Positions 1 through 9,868 of a stretch of DNA of 64,000 bases are shown here, one piece after another. This DNA is from an uncultured Chloroflexia bacterium (lineage in GTDB: Bacteria > Chloroflexota > Limnocylindria > Limnocylindrales > CSP1-4), in the NCBI GenBank assembly GCA_963713975.1, contig OY970218.1, positions 1,408,001 to 1,472,000 of the forward strand, given 5' to 3'. Numbering within the stretch: the stretch's first letter is position 1; the number at the start of each line of letters is the position of its first letter. The notes below the pieces were generated by a model. The model was not told the origin of the DNA, ran no database searches, and was given only the letters and a program-made list of their open reading frames with translations. Position numbers and translations under genes: made by a program.

Positions 1-102
1 GTGCCGTCTGCCAAGCGTCAGGCTCCCTGCGGCTGTCGTGGGCTGAGGGTACCAACCGGGACCTGCAGACGACGGTCCGCCCTGGGGCGCAGAATCCGCG
101 GC

Positions 103-1431
103 GTGACCAGCCGCACCATCCTCCACGTCGACCTGGACGCGTTCTTCGCGGCCGTGGAGCAGCGCGACCGGCCCGAGCTTCGCGGGCGCCCGGTCATCGT
201 GGGCGGCGGCGGGCCCGACCAGCGCGGCGTGGTCTCGGCGGCGAGCTACGAGGCACGCAAGTTTGGCGTCCACTCCGCGATGCCGCTGCGAACGGCGGGC
301 CGGCTGTGCCCGCAGGGCGTGTTCCTCCCGGTCGACGGTCGCAAGTACCAGGCCGCGAGCCGCGAGGTCATGGCGATCCTGCGGCGGTTCACGCCCCAGG
401 TCCAGCCGATCTCCATCGACGAGGCGTTCCTGGACGTGACCGCCAGCCGGGCCCTGTTCGGGGACGGCGATGTCATCGCCCGCATGATCAAGACCGCGGT
501 CACCGACGAGGTGGGGTTGACGGCGTCGGTCGGGGTCGCCACCACCAAGCTGGTGGCCAAGGTCGCGTCCGACCTGCGCAAGCCTGACGGCCTGGTGGTG
601 GTGCCGCCCGGAGAGGAGGCGGCGTTCCTGGCTCCGCTGCCCATCTCGCGCCTGTGGGGCGTGGGCGAGAAGACGGCCGCAGCGCTGGCCGAGTTCGGGG
701 TGCGGACCATCGGTGACCTGGCGGCGCTGCCGCCGGACGCGCTTGAGCGCCGGTTTGGCAGGCACGGGGCCGCGCTGGTCGGGCGCGCGCGTGGTATCGA
801 TCCCGACCCGGTGGCGACCGGGGACCCCGCGAAGTCGATCGGGCACGAGCACACGTTCGACGTGGACACGTCCGACCGCGAGGTGATCGAGCGGACCCTC
901 CTGGGCATGGCCGACGGTGTGGCGTGGCGGTTGCGCTCCGCCGGGCTGCGGACGGCAACCGTGACGCTCAAGCTGCGCGACTCGTCGTTCACCACCATCA
1001 CCCGCCAGGCGGGCCTGGACGTGCCGGCGGACCTCACCGAGCCCATCTACGACGCCGCCCTGCGACTGCTGCGCAATGAGCTCCACGGGCAGCGGATCCG
1101 GCTGGTCGGCGTCACCGCCTCCAACTTCCGGGACCGCGAGCAGCTGGCGTTGTTCGGAGGGGGAGAGGACCCTCGTCGTCACGCGGCGGCCGAGGCCCTG
1201 GATGTCATCAGGCGCAAGTACGGCGAGCGGGCAGTGACACGGGGGCGCCTCGTGCGTGCCGGGGTGCCGACGGTCTTCGAGCGGGACCCGAACTCTGCCG
1301 TGGAGGGACGGCTCGGGGTCCCCGAGGCGCCAACCGGCCGGCGACGGGGCGGCGAGGACGCGGCGGACGGCGATGCCGGCGCCACGGACGCCAACCTCGA
1401 GGTCGACCCGCCCGGCCCCGAGGAGCCGTAG
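103..1431 (+). CDS. dinB: DNA polymerase IV (Y-family)
   Basis: Motifs ILHVDLDAFFAAVEQ, SYEARKFGV and SIDEAFLD, plus clamp-binding-like QLALF. GTG at 103 lies 7 nt after a CAGAAT -10-like hexamer. Confidence 0.95.
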   Translation: MTSRTILHVDLDAFFAAVEQRDRPELRGRPVIVGGGGPDQRGVVSAASYEARKFGVHSAMPLRTAGRLCPQGVFLPVDGRKYQAASREVMAILRRFTPQVQPISIDEAFLDVTASRALFGDGDVIARMIKTAVTDEVGLTASVGVATTKLVAKVASDLRKPDGLVVVPPGEEAAFLAPLPISRLWGVGEKTAAALAEFGVRTIGDLAALPPDALERRFGRHGAALVGRARGIDPDPVATGDPAKSIGHEHTFDVDTSDREVIERTLLGMADGVAWRLRSAGLRTATVTLKLRDSSFTTITRQAGLDVPADLTEPIYDAALRLLRNELHGQRIRLVGVTASNFRDREQLALFGGGEDPRRHAAAEALDVIRRKYGERAVTRGRLVRAGVPTVFERDPNSAVEGRLGVPEAPTGRRRGGEDAADGDAGATDANLEVDPPGPEEP

Positions 1432-1517
1432 CCACAGCTGGTGGTGGGCCGACGATCCACCTCGATGACGTGACACGCAACCTGTCACGGGCGGCGCCAA
1501 TTCTTCGCCCACGACGC

Positions 1518-1547
1518 TTGACATCGAACACCTGTTCGGTCTAGTGT
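1518..1547 (+). promoter_or_regulatory. Sigma70-type promoter (TTGACA-N18-TAGTGT)
   Basis: Perfect TTGACA at 1518-1523 and TAGTGT at 1542-1547, upstream of the 1626 gene. Confidence 0.75.
1525..1538. promoter_or_regulatory. LexA (SOS) box 1, CGAAC-ACCT-GTTCG
   Basis: Matches the GAAC-N4-GTTC Gram-positive/Chloroflexota SOS box and lies between the -35 and -10 elements. Confidence 0.85.
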
Positions 1548-1556
1548 CCGGGGAAA

Positions 1557-1570
1557 CGAACAGACGTTCT
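1557..1570. promoter_or_regulatory. LexA (SOS) box 2, CGAAC-AGAC-GTTCT
   Basis: Second GAAC-N4-GTTC, just downstream of the predicted transcription start. Confidence 0.75.
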
Positions 1571-1625
1571 CATCCGGAGTGCCCCCGGCTGACGACGACC
1601 CCGCCGCGTGAAGGAGATCACCACC

Positions 1626-1895
1626 ATGGCGATGGTTCGCGTCGCACCGGTCACCGTCCAGGTCCGAACCGACTGGTTCAATGGCGTGCCCCGGGAGGTC
1701 ACCTGGGGGGAGGAACGCCTGCAGGTCACCCGCCTCGTCTCCGTCCGGGAGGAGCGCAGGGCCTACCCGGCGATTACCGGCCCGCGCACGCTGTTCGAGG
1801 TGGACACTCCCGCGCTGCGACTCGCGCTGACCTTCCAGCACCGGTCGCGACGCTGGACGATCGATGGCATGGACGAGGTCGGACAGGCCGCCTGA
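1626..1895 (+). CDS. Small SOS-regulated protein, DUF6504/ImuB C-terminal-domain-like
   Basis: AAGGAG RBS at 1611-1616. The pattern P-x3-W-G...V...E...R-x-L-F-E-V...L...W-x-I-x-G resembles the ImuB C-terminal beta domain by eye. Confidence 0.7.
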   Translation: MAMVRVAPVTVQVRTDWFNGVPREVTWGEERLQVTRLVSVREERRAYPAITGPRTLFEVDTPALRLALTFQHRSRRWTIDGMDEVGQAA

Positions 1896-1951
1896 CGTCC
1901 GCCCACCACATGCGGGGTCGCGGCTCCTCTCCGTCGGCCCCCGGGTCGGCT

Positions 1952-1981
1952 GCGGGGCGGGCGCTGAAGTGCTCGCCCCGC
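1952..1981 (+). terminator. GC-rich hairpin after the SOS gene (terminator-like, no U-tract)
   Basis: GCGGGGCGGGCGC-TGAA-GTGCTCGCCCCGC: 13 bp with 2 G-U pairs on the + strand. Confidence 0.4.
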
Positions 1982-2097
1982 GGACCACGCCACGCTCGCT
2001 CCTGCCGAGGCGCACCGTGCGGGACGGGCCGATCGTCCCATGTGCGTGGACGGAGCGGCCCACACCGGCGCTTCGCCGCATCTCTACAATCCGGGAC

Positions 2098-2766
2098 GTG
2101 GAACCGAACGCCCGCTTTCGCGACCTGACGGTCGCCGACTTCGTCCAGCAGCTCGCCTCCGGTGAGCCCGTCCCCGGCGGTGGTGCTGCCGCCGCGATCG
2201 CCGGCAGCCTAGGTGCGGCCCTGGTCGCGATGGTCGCCAACCTCTCCACGGACCGGCCCAGGTACGCTGAGCACGCCGCGCTCCACGTTCAGGCCGCGAC
2301 CGCGGCGCAGGCGCTGGTCGAGCGCTTCCTTGCCCTCGCGGACGAGGATGCCACCGCGTACTCGGGCTACGGCGTGGCGATGAAGATGCCGCGCGACACC
2401 GACGAGGAGAAGGCGGCCCGAGCCGCCGCGATCCGTGGGGCCGCCCACGCCGCCACGATGGCCCCGCTGCGCACGGTGGAGGCCACCCTCGGGATCGTCG
2501 AGCTGTCGGAGGCCCTCGCCGGCCGCAGCAACAGGAACGCCTCGTCGGACCTGGAGGTCGCCGCCCTGATGGCCGTGGCCGCCTGTCGTTCCGCCGCGGC
2601 GAACGTGTACATCAACCTGCCCGCGATCGGTGATGAGACGGTCGCCCGCGACCTGTTCGGGCGGACCGAGGAGCTCGCGGACGCCGTCGAGCGCCTGGCC
2701 TCCCAGACCCGCGAGCAGGTGCGGAGCGGCAACGCGCGGGACCCGCTGCCCAGTCCGTCCGCATGA
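2098..2766 (+). CDS. Cyclodeaminase/cyclohydrolase family protein (FTCD_C/FchA-like)
   Basis: LASGEPVPGGGAAAAIAGSLGAALVAMVANLS, DEDATAY and NRNASSD...NVYINLPAI. GTG lies 7 nt after TACAAT. Confidence 0.88.
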   Translation: MEPNARFRDLTVADFVQQLASGEPVPGGGAAAAIAGSLGAALVAMVANLSTDRPRYAEHAALHVQAATAAQALVERFLALADEDATAYSGYGVAMKMPRDTDEEKAARAAAIRGAAHAATMAPLRTVEATLGIVELSEALAGRSNRNASSDLEVAALMAVAACRSAAANVYINLPAIGDETVARDLFGRTEELADAVERLASQTREQVRSGNARDPLPSPSA

Positions 2767-3686
2767 CCGCGCTGGGCGACGAGGGGCCCCGCCTCCTGCG
2801 CGGCGGCCCGATCGCCACCGCGATCCGGGAGCAGGTCGCGGTCGACGTGGCCACCTTCCGAGGGGACTTCGGCTACGCGCCCGCCCTCGCGGTGGTCGTG
2901 GTGGGCAGGGACGCACCCTCGGCGGTGTACCTCCACAAGATCCTCGACGGCTGCCGGCTGGTGGGCATCGAGGACCGCCTCATCGAGCTCCCGGCAGACG
3001 CCACCGAGGCCGACATCGCGGGCGCCATCCGGACGCTCCAGGCCGATCCGGTCGTGGCCGGGATCATCACCCAGATGCCCCTGCCACCCGGCATCGGGCT
3101 CAAGGCCGTGATCGACGTCCTGGACCCGATGCGCGACATCGACGGCATCCACCCGCTCAACGCCGGGCTCCTCTCGCTGGGCTACGACGGCTTCCTCCCG
3201 GCGACCGCCCACGCCGCGGTGGAGATCCTGGTCAAGAGCGGCATCGACCTCGCCGGCAAGCACGCGGTCGTGGTCGGGCGGTCCAACGTGGTGGGCAAGC
3301 CCGCGGCGCTCCTGCTGCTGCGGGAGAACGCCACGGTCACCGTGTGCCACAGCAGGACCGCGGGCCTCGCCTCGGTGATCCGCACGGCCGACATCGTGGT
3401 CGTCGCGATCGGGCGGGCCCGCATGATCACGGGCGACATGCTGAAACCGGGTGCCGTCGTCGTGGACGTGGGCATCAACGTGGTCGACGGCAGGCTGACC
3501 GGCGACGTGGACTTCGCCTCGGCCAGCCGGGTCGCCTCGGCCATCACCCCGGTGCCCGGCGGGGTGGGGCCCCTGACCAACGCGATCCTGCTCACCCACC
3601 TCGTGCAAGCGGCCCGGGCGCAGGCGACCGGCCGCGTGCCGCTCGGTGCCCGATCCCTCGCCGTTCCCCTTCCGGAGGCCCGCTGA
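2763..3686 (+). CDS. folD: Bifunctional methylene-THF dehydrogenase/cyclohydrolase
   Basis: [21 protein letters not shown] and [16 protein letters not shown] overlap with the upstream gene. Confidence 0.95.
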   Translation: MTALGDEGPRLLRGGPIATAIREQVAVDVATFRGDFGYAPALAVVVVGRDAPSAVYLHKILDGCRLVGIEDRLIELPADATEADIAGAIRTLQADPVVAGIITQMPLPPGIGLKAVIDVLDPMRDIDGIHPLNAGLLSLGYDGFLPATAHAAVEILVKSGIDLAGKHAVVVGRSNVVGKPAALLLLRENATVTVCHSRTAGLASVIRTADIVVVAIGRARMITGDMLKPGAVVVDVGINVVDGRLTGDVDFASASRVASAITPVPGGVGPLTNAILLTHLVQAARAQATGRVPLGARSLAVPLPEAR

Positions 3687-3687
3687 C

Positions 3688-5394
3688 ATGCCCTTCCCGT
3701 CCGACCTCGAGATCGCCCGACAGGTCACGCCCCGCCCAATCGTCGAGATCGCCCGCGAGCTCGGCTTCGCTGACGACGAGATCGAGCTGTACGGCAGCGC
3801 CAAGGCCAAGATCACGATCGAGGGCATCGAGCGCGCCGAGCGCGAGCACGGCCGCGGCAAGTACGTGCTGGTGACGGCCATCAGCCCCACCCCGCTGGGC
3901 GAGGGCAAGAGCACCACCACTGTCGGGCTCGCCCAGGGCCTGGGGCGGATCGGCAAGAAGGCGGCCGTCGCCATCCGCCAGCCCAGCCTGGGCCCGGTGT
4001 TCGGGATCAAGGGCGGGGCCGCGGGCGGCGGCTACAGCCAGGTCATCCCGATGGAAGACTTCAACCTCCACCTCACGGGCGACGTCCACGCCATCGGGGC
4101 TGCCCACAACCTCGCGGCGGCTTTCATCGACAACCACATCCACCATGGCAACGCGCTCTCAATCGACGCCAACAACGTGCTCTGGCCGCGCGTCCTCGAC
4201 ATCAGCGACCGCGCCCTGCGCGAGGTGGTGATCGGGTTGGGCGGCAAGGAGAACGGCTACCCCCGCCAGGGGTCGTTCGTGATCACCGTCGCGTCCGAGG
4301 TCATGGCGATCCTCGCCCTCGCCTCGAACCTCAAGGACCTCCGCGCGAGGCTTGGCCGGATCGTGCTCGCGACCCGCAAGGACGGCACCCCCGTCACGGC
4401 CGAGGACCTCAAGGTCGCGGGGTCGATGGCGGTCCTGCTCAAGGACGCGTTGAAGCCCAACCTGATGCAGACCCTCGAGGGGGGGCCGGCCTTCGTTCAC
4501 TGCGGCCCGTTCGGCAACATCGCCCACGGCAACAACAGCGTCCTCGCCGACCGGGCGGCGCTCGCGTCGGCCGACATCGTGGTCACGGAGGCAGGCTTCG
4601 GGGCCGACATGGGCGCCGAGAAGTTCTTCGACATCAAGTGCCGGGCCTCGGGCCTTGCCCCCGATGCGGCCGTCATGGTGGCCACCATCCGGGCGCTCAA
4701 GATGCACGGCGGCGTGGGCCGGATCGTGGCCGGCAAGCCGCTCGACCCGGCCCTGCTCGAGGACAATCCCGAGGCGGTCCGACGGGGCGGCGTCAACCTC
4801 GCCAAGCAGATCGAGAACGTGCGCGCCTACGGCGTGCCGGTCGTGGTGGCGATCAACGTCTTCCCCACCGATACCGAGGCCGAGATCGCCGCGGTCAAGG
4901 GGGTGGCCCTCGCGGCCGGCGCCCGCGATGCCGTCGTCGCCCGCCACTTCACCGACGGCGGTGCGGGTGCAGAGGACCTCGCCCACGCGGTCTGGGCTGC
5001 CGCCGAAGAGGGCGCACCCGACTTCGGGCTGCTCTATCCCGACGACATGAGCCTGCGGGACAAGATCGAGACGATCGCGACCCGTATCTACGGGGCGGAC
5101 GGCGTGGACTACGCGCCCGCCGCGACCAGGAGCCTCACGCAGTACGAGGACCTGGGCTACGGCCACCTGCCCGTGTGCATGGCCAAGACCCAGTACAGCC
5201 TGTCCCACGACGCCAAGCTCCTCGGCCGCCCCAGCGGCTACCGGCTGCCGGTCCGGGAGGTCCGTCTGTCCGCGGGCGCGGGGTTCATCACCCCGCTGTG
5301 CGGTGACATGCGCACGATGCCGGGCCTCCCCAGCCGGCCCGGCGGGGAGCGCATCGACATCGACGACGCCGGGGACGTGGTCGGCCTCTTCTAG
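3688..5394 (+). CDS. fhs: Formate--tetrahydrofolate ligase
   Basis: [44 protein letters not shown] and MPGLP. Confidence 0.97.
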   Translation: MPFPSDLEIARQVTPRPIVEIARELGFADDEIELYGSAKAKITIEGIERAEREHGRGKYVLVTAISPTPLGEGKSTTTVGLAQGLGRIGKKAAVAIRQPSLGPVFGIKGGAAGGGYSQVIPMEDFNLHLTGDVHAIGAAHNLAAAFIDNHIHHGNALSIDANNVLWPRVLDISDRALREVVIGLGGKENGYPRQGSFVITVASEVMAILALASNLKDLRARLGRIVLATRKDGTPVTAEDLKVAGSMAVLLKDALKPNLMQTLEGGPAFVHCGPFGNIAHGNNSVLADRAALASADIVVTEAGFGADMGAEKFFDIKCRASGLAPDAAVMVATIRALKMHGGVGRIVAGKPLDPALLEDNPEAVRRGGVNLAKQIENVRAYGVPVVVAINVFPTDTEAEIAAVKGVALAAGARDAVVARHFTDGGAGAEDLAHAVWAAAEEGAPDFGLLYPDDMSLRDKIETIATRIYGADGVDYAPAATRSLTQYEDLGYGHLPVCMAKTQYSLSHDAKLLGRPSGYRLPVREVRLSAGAGFITPLCGDMRTMPGLPSRPGGERIDIDDAGDVVGLF

Positions 5395-5435
5395 GGAGAA
5401 GCCACCGGGCGGCCGCCCGGATCGCGAGGAGGCCT

Positions 5436-6389
5436 GTGGCGATCATCGACGCGCTTGGCCGGGTGCTCCCGGTCCTGCTCCTGTTCGTGCTGGGTGCGGT
5501 GCTGCGCCGGCGGGCCTTCCTGGCCGAGTCGACGATCATCGACCTACGGCGGTTCGTCCTCGCCATCACGCTGCCCTCGGCACTGTTCCTTACCTTCCTG
5601 CGCGTCTCGCTGGAGCTGCGCTACCTGCCGATCGTGGTGCTCGTGTTCCTGGCGTGCGCGGGGATGCTGGTCGCCGGGCCCTATCTGTGTCGCCTCGTCG
5701 GCGTGCGCTCGCCGTTCACGGGTCCGCTCATGACCGGCTTCGAGGCCGGGATGCTGGGGTACGCGATCTACGGCGGCGTGTTCGGCCAGGAGGCCTTGTA
5801 CCGGTTCGGGATCATCGATCTCGGCCAGGTTCTGTTCGTGTTCTTTGTCCTGGCGACGATGCTCACACGGCGGGCCACCGGCATCACCCCCGGGCTGCGG
5901 GACACGGTGGGCAGCTTCCTGCGGACGCCCGTGATCCTCGCCATCCTTGCCGGCGTCGTCGGCAACATGGTGGGACTGGGCCCGGCGATGGACGCTTCGC
6001 CGCTGACCTCATCGCTGCTGACGACGCTGGGCCTGCTGGCCGCCTGCACGACACCGCTCATCGCGATCGTGATCGGGTACAGCACGCGGCTCGGCGCGGG
6101 GGCGCTGAGCCGGCCGGCGCGAACGGTCGCCGTCCGCCTGACCGTCTGGGTGCTGCTCGCAATCGTCTTCACCAAGGTGATCGTGCAGGGCGTCCTGGGG
6201 CTGGATGCCCTGTTCGGGGCCGCGGTGATGACGATGGCGATCCTGCCGCCACCGTTCGTGATCCCGCTGTACATGGGTTCCCGGCCGGAGGACGAGCAGG
6301 AGCGTGACTACGTGGCCGACACGCTGTCGCTGGCAACCGTGGTCACGCTGGTGGCGTTCCCGGTCGTGGCGGCGGTATTCACCGGCTGA
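5436..6389 (+). CDS. AEC (auxin efflux carrier)-like membrane transporter
   Basis: About 10 hydrophobic segments with ITLPSALF and LRTPVILA motifs; GAGGAGG RBS. Confidence 0.75.
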   Translation: MAIIDALGRVLPVLLLFVLGAVLRRRAFLAESTIIDLRRFVLAITLPSALFLTFLRVSLELRYLPIVVLVFLACAGMLVAGPYLCRLVGVRSPFTGPLMTGFEAGMLGYAIYGGVFGQEALYRFGIIDLGQVLFVFFVLATMLTRRATGITPGLRDTVGSFLRTPVILAILAGVVGNMVGLGPAMDASPLTSSLLTTLGLLAACTTPLIAIVIGYSTRLGAGALSRPARTVAVRLTVWVLLAIVFTKVIVQGVLGLDALFGAAVMTMAILPPPFVIPLYMGSRPEDEQERDYVADTLSLATVVTLVAFPVVAAVFTG

Positions 6390-6443
6390 GGTGCCGCTCC
6401 GCTCGCCTTGATCGCATTGTGATCGTCCGGATCCTCGTTGCGC

Positions 6444-6617
6444 TCAGGCGTTGAAGGCGAAGCCCGTCGCGACGACGAAGCCGGCGGTGACGATCAGTGC
6501 GGCGATGACGCCCAGCACGCCGGCCCCCCACATCGACCAGCCGATGGGGCCGAGGCTGTCAGTGTCATGGCCGTGCTCGTCGTCGCCGTGGTCTGCTGCT
6601 GCGCCGTGGTCGCTCAT
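6444..6617 (-). CDS. Small His/Asp-rich single-TM protein
   Basis: MSDHGAAADHGDDEHGHD followed by a hydrophobic helix; GGAGG RBS upstream. Confidence 0.65.
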   Translation of the reverse strand: MSDHGAAADHGDDEHGHDTDSLGPIGWSMWGAGVLGVIAALIVTAGFVVATGFAFNA

Positions 6618-6679
6618 CGTGTCTCGCACTACCTCCGGCGGCCATTCTCCCACGACCGCCCTGCCGATAGACTGGCAAC

Positions 6680-7390
6680 GTGCTCACCCTCGTCCTCACC
6701 CGCCACGGCCTCACGGACCGCTCGGAGCCCGAGCAGCACCTGGGCCAGCACATCGACATCTCGCTGTCCGATGCCGGACGCCGTCAGGCGGAGGCCCTCG
6801 GCAGACGGCTCGCGGGGGTCCGCTTCGAGCGGAGGATCAGCAGCCCGCTGTTCCGCGCCCAGGAGACGGCGGCGATCCTTGCCCGCGGCCTCAGCGTGGA
6901 GACGGACCCGCGGCTCAAGGAGATGGACTACGGGGCCTGGGAGGGCCTGACCTACGGCCAGATCGACGAGCGCGGCCGGTCGACGCGGCGCGAGTGGGAG
7001 CTGGCACCGGACCGGCTGGCGTGCCCGGGCGGGGAGTCCGGCAACGACGTCGGGCTGCGCGTCAGGTCGTTCCTCGAAGACCTGCTGGCCGACCAGCGGG
7101 CATGGAGCGCGCGCGCCTCCTTCCGGGCGGCCACGGCGACCGGTGGGGGCGGCGAGCCCGACACCGGTGAGCGGGTGGTCCTGGTCGTCGCCCACAGCTC
7201 CACGAACCGGGTGCTGATGTGCCTGGCCCTGGGCACGGACCTGCGCGACTACCGCAAGCGCTTCGTCCAGGCCCAGGCGAACCTCACGGTGCTGCGCTGG
7301 GAATCGGCCGACGGCCCTGAGGACGCAAAGCTGCTGGTGGCCAACGACCTCGGACACCTGCGCGGCGCCAACGAGGTGCCCTGGAGCTGA
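6680..7390 (+). CDS. Histidine phosphatase (phosphoglycerate mutase-like) family protein
   Basis: LTRHGLT, SSPLFRAQETA, EMDYGAWEG and VVAHS. Confidence 0.9.
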   Translation: MLTLVLTRHGLTDRSEPEQHLGQHIDISLSDAGRRQAEALGRRLAGVRFERRISSPLFRAQETAAILARGLSVETDPRLKEMDYGAWEGLTYGQIDERGRSTRREWELAPDRLACPGGESGNDVGLRVRSFLEDLLADQRAWSARASFRAATATGGGGEPDTGERVVLVVAHSSTNRVLMCLALGTDLRDYRKRFVQAQANLTVLRWESADGPEDAKLLVANDLGHLRGANEVPWS

Positions 7391-7423
7391 TCCGGGCCGG
7401 GCCCTTGGGCCTGCCCTGGCCGG

Positions 7424-8119
7424 CTATGCGCCGGGATCTGCGTCCGAGGCCGGGTCCGCCGTCCCGGACTTCTTCGGCCAGCCCGGCATCCCCAGGCGCC
7501 ACCAGAGCAGCCCCAGGAACAGGGCGATGACCGCGCCCGCGATCGCCATGTCGAAGGGCTTGAGCATGTCCCGGATGGTCACCCAGTTGGCGCCCAGCTG
7601 GAGACCGGCCCAGACCAGCAGGATCGACCACAGCAGCGCCCCCGCCGTCGAGTAGACGATGAACGTGCCGACGGGCATGCGCGCGACGCCCGCGGGGAAC
7701 GAGATGAAGGTGCGGACGATGGGCAGGAGACGGCCGATGAACACGGTCGCGGCGCCATACCGGGAGAAGAACCGGTCGGCGGCCTCCAGCTCGTGCTCCC
7801 GGATCAGCATGTACTTGCCGTACCGCTCCAGGAACGGCCGGCCACCCCAGGCTCCGATGGCATAGGCGACCAGCGAGCCCAGCGTGTTGCCGATGGTCGC
7901 CACGATCACGACGATCCAGAAGTTCCAGGGCTGCCCCGTGAGCGGCTCGACCAGCGTGGCATCGGAGACCATGAACCCGCCCAGCGGCAGGATGAGCTCC
8001 GACGGCAGCGGGACCATCGCCGACTCGATCGCCATCGCGAGCATCACGCCGATGTAGCCCACCGCGCCGTACAGCGACTGCAGGAACGGCAGAGCGATCT
8101 CGTCGATGAATCCGATCAT
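7424..8119 (-). CDS. DedA family membrane protein
   Basis: MAIESAMVPLPSELILPLGG and GRLLPIVRTFISFPAG. Confidence 0.93.
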   Translation of the reverse strand: MIGFIDEIALPFLQSLYGAVGYIGVMLAMAIESAMVPLPSELILPLGGFMVSDATLVEPLTGQPWNFWIVVIVATIGNTLGSLVAYAIGAWGGRPFLERYGKYMLIREHELEAADRFFSRYGAATVFIGRLLPIVRTFISFPAGVARMPVGTFIVYSTAGALLWSILLVWAGLQLGANWVTIRDMLKPFDMAIAGAVIALFLGLLWWRLGMPGWPKKSGTADPASDADPGA

Positions 8120-8218
8120 GGGTGCAGCAGCGGCCTCGGGGCGGTGGGGTCGTGGCATCGTGTCGGGACTTGCGCCCTGCGAACACGAACCCGAGCATAG
8201 CCGACTATCCTCGACACG

Positions 8219-9847
8219 GTGACCGACGCCCATCTACTCCCCGAGCGATCCCCTGCTCGTGGTCCGCGGGACCTCGTGGTGCTCAGCGGCGCGGACCTGT
8301 CCGTGGCCGACGTCGAGGCGGTGGCCCGCCACGGTGCCCGGGCGGCGCTGGACGTTCATGCCCGGGACCGGATGCAGGAGGCACGCGACGTCATCGAGCG
8401 CCTGGTCGCGCGGGGCGAGGTGGTCTACGGCGTCACGACCGGCTTCGGGGACCTGGCATCCACCTTCATCCCTCCGCAGGACGCGGCGCGCCTGCAGGAG
8501 AACCTGCTGGCCTCGCACGCGGCCGGCGTCGGACGTCCGTTCGCGCGCGACGTGGTGCGGGCGATGCTCCTGCTCCGCGCGAACACGCTGGCGCTGGGCC
8601 ACTCCGGCTGCCGGCCGCTGCTCGTCGACCGGATCTGCGAGCTCCTGGTCCTCGGCATCCATCCCGTGGTGCCGGAGCAGGGGAGCGTCGGCGCGTCGGG
8701 TGACCTGGCGCCCCTGGCCCACCTGGCGCTGCCGCTGATCGGGCGCGGGCAGGTGGAGCTCAACGGCCAGGTGATGCCGGCGCTGGTCGCCCTCCGGGAG
8801 TGTGGCCTCGAGCCCCTGGTGCTCCAGCCCAAGGAGGGGCTGGCGCTCCTCAACGGGACGCAGCTGATGTCCGCGCTCGGCGCCCTGCTGCTCGCCGATG
8901 CCGACCGCCTCGTCCGGACCGCCTCCGTGGTGGCGGCGATGTCGGTCGAGGCGCTGCTCGGGACGGAGGTCGCGTACGCCGCCCCCTACCAGCTCGCCCG
9001 CCCGCACCCGGGCCAGGTCACAGTGGCCGCGGAGCTGCGCCACCTGCTGCGCGGCTCTGGGCTGCAGGCCGCCCATCACGGATCGGCGCACAAGGTCCAG
9101 GACCCGTACTCGCTCCGCTGCGTGCCCCAGGTGCACGGCGCGATCCGGGATGCGCTCGACCACCTCCGGCGCGTGCTCGACATCGAGCTCAACTCGGCGA
9201 CCGACAACCCACTCGTGTTCCCCGGCGGCGGGGCGGTCCCGGCCGATGCCCTGGCGACCGGTGGCGGGCTCGTGATCTCGGGCGGCAACTTCCACGGCGA
9301 GCCGATCGCCCTCGCCCTCGACTTCGCGAAGCTGGCGCTGTCGGAGCTGGGTGCGATCTCCGAGCGGCGGACGGCGCTGCTGCTGGACCCGCGCCTCAAC
9401 GGCGGCCTGCCCGCCTTCCTGTCACCGGACCCGGGCCGCAACAGCGGCCTGATGATCATCCAGTACACGGCGGCGGCCCTGGCCTCGGAGAACAAGGTGC
9501 TGGCCCACCCGTCGTCGGCGGACTCGATCCCCACCTCCGCCAACCAGGAGGATCACGTGTCCATGGGCGCCGCCGCGGCGCGCCATGCCCGGACCGTCCT
9601 GGGGCACGTGGAGCAGATCCTCGCGATCGAGCTTGTGTGCGCCGCGCAGGCGCTGGACCTACGGCTGGCGCGGATGGCACCGGGGCAGGACGGCGCACAG
9701 CCCGTGCCCGGCGATGGCGTGGCCGAGGCGCTCCGGCGGCTGCGGGACCGGGTGGCCCCCCTGGGCGACGACCGCGAGCCCGGTCCGGACCTCGCGGCCT
9801 CGCTGGCGCTGGTGCAGGCGGGAGCGTTCGCCGACCTGGTCGGCTGA
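8219..9847 (+). CDS. hutH: Histidine ammonia-lyase
   Basis: VYGVTTGFG, MIO-forming GASGDLAPLAH, QDPYSLRC, SGGNFHGEP and SANQEDHVSMG. Confidence 0.96.
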   Translation: MTDAHLLPERSPARGPRDLVVLSGADLSVADVEAVARHGARAALDVHARDRMQEARDVIERLVARGEVVYGVTTGFGDLASTFIPPQDAARLQENLLASHAAGVGRPFARDVVRAMLLLRANTLALGHSGCRPLLVDRICELLVLGIHPVVPEQGSVGASGDLAPLAHLALPLIGRGQVELNGQVMPALVALRECGLEPLVLQPKEGLALLNGTQLMSALGALLLADADRLVRTASVVAAMSVEALLGTEVAYAAPYQLARPHPGQVTVAAELRHLLRGSGLQAAHHGSAHKVQDPYSLRCVPQVHGAIRDALDHLRRVLDIELNSATDNPLVFPGGGAVPADALATGGGLVISGGNFHGEPIALALDFAKLALSELGAISERRTALLLDPRLNGGLPAFLSPDPGRNSGLMIIQYTAAALASENKVLAHPSSADSIPTSANQEDHVSMGAAAARHARTVLGHVEQILAIELVCAAQALDLRLARMAPGQDGAQPVPGDGVAEALRRLRDRVAPLGDDREPGPDLAASLALVQAGAFADLVG

Positions 9848-9868
9848 GACGGACCGTAGACTCTCGCC

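Noticed and set aside
1896-2097. THF or ZMP/ZTP riboswitch upstream of the folate operon
   Set aside because: No recognisable consensus, and the first gene appears leaderless (TACAAT-N7-GTG), leaving no 5' UTR.
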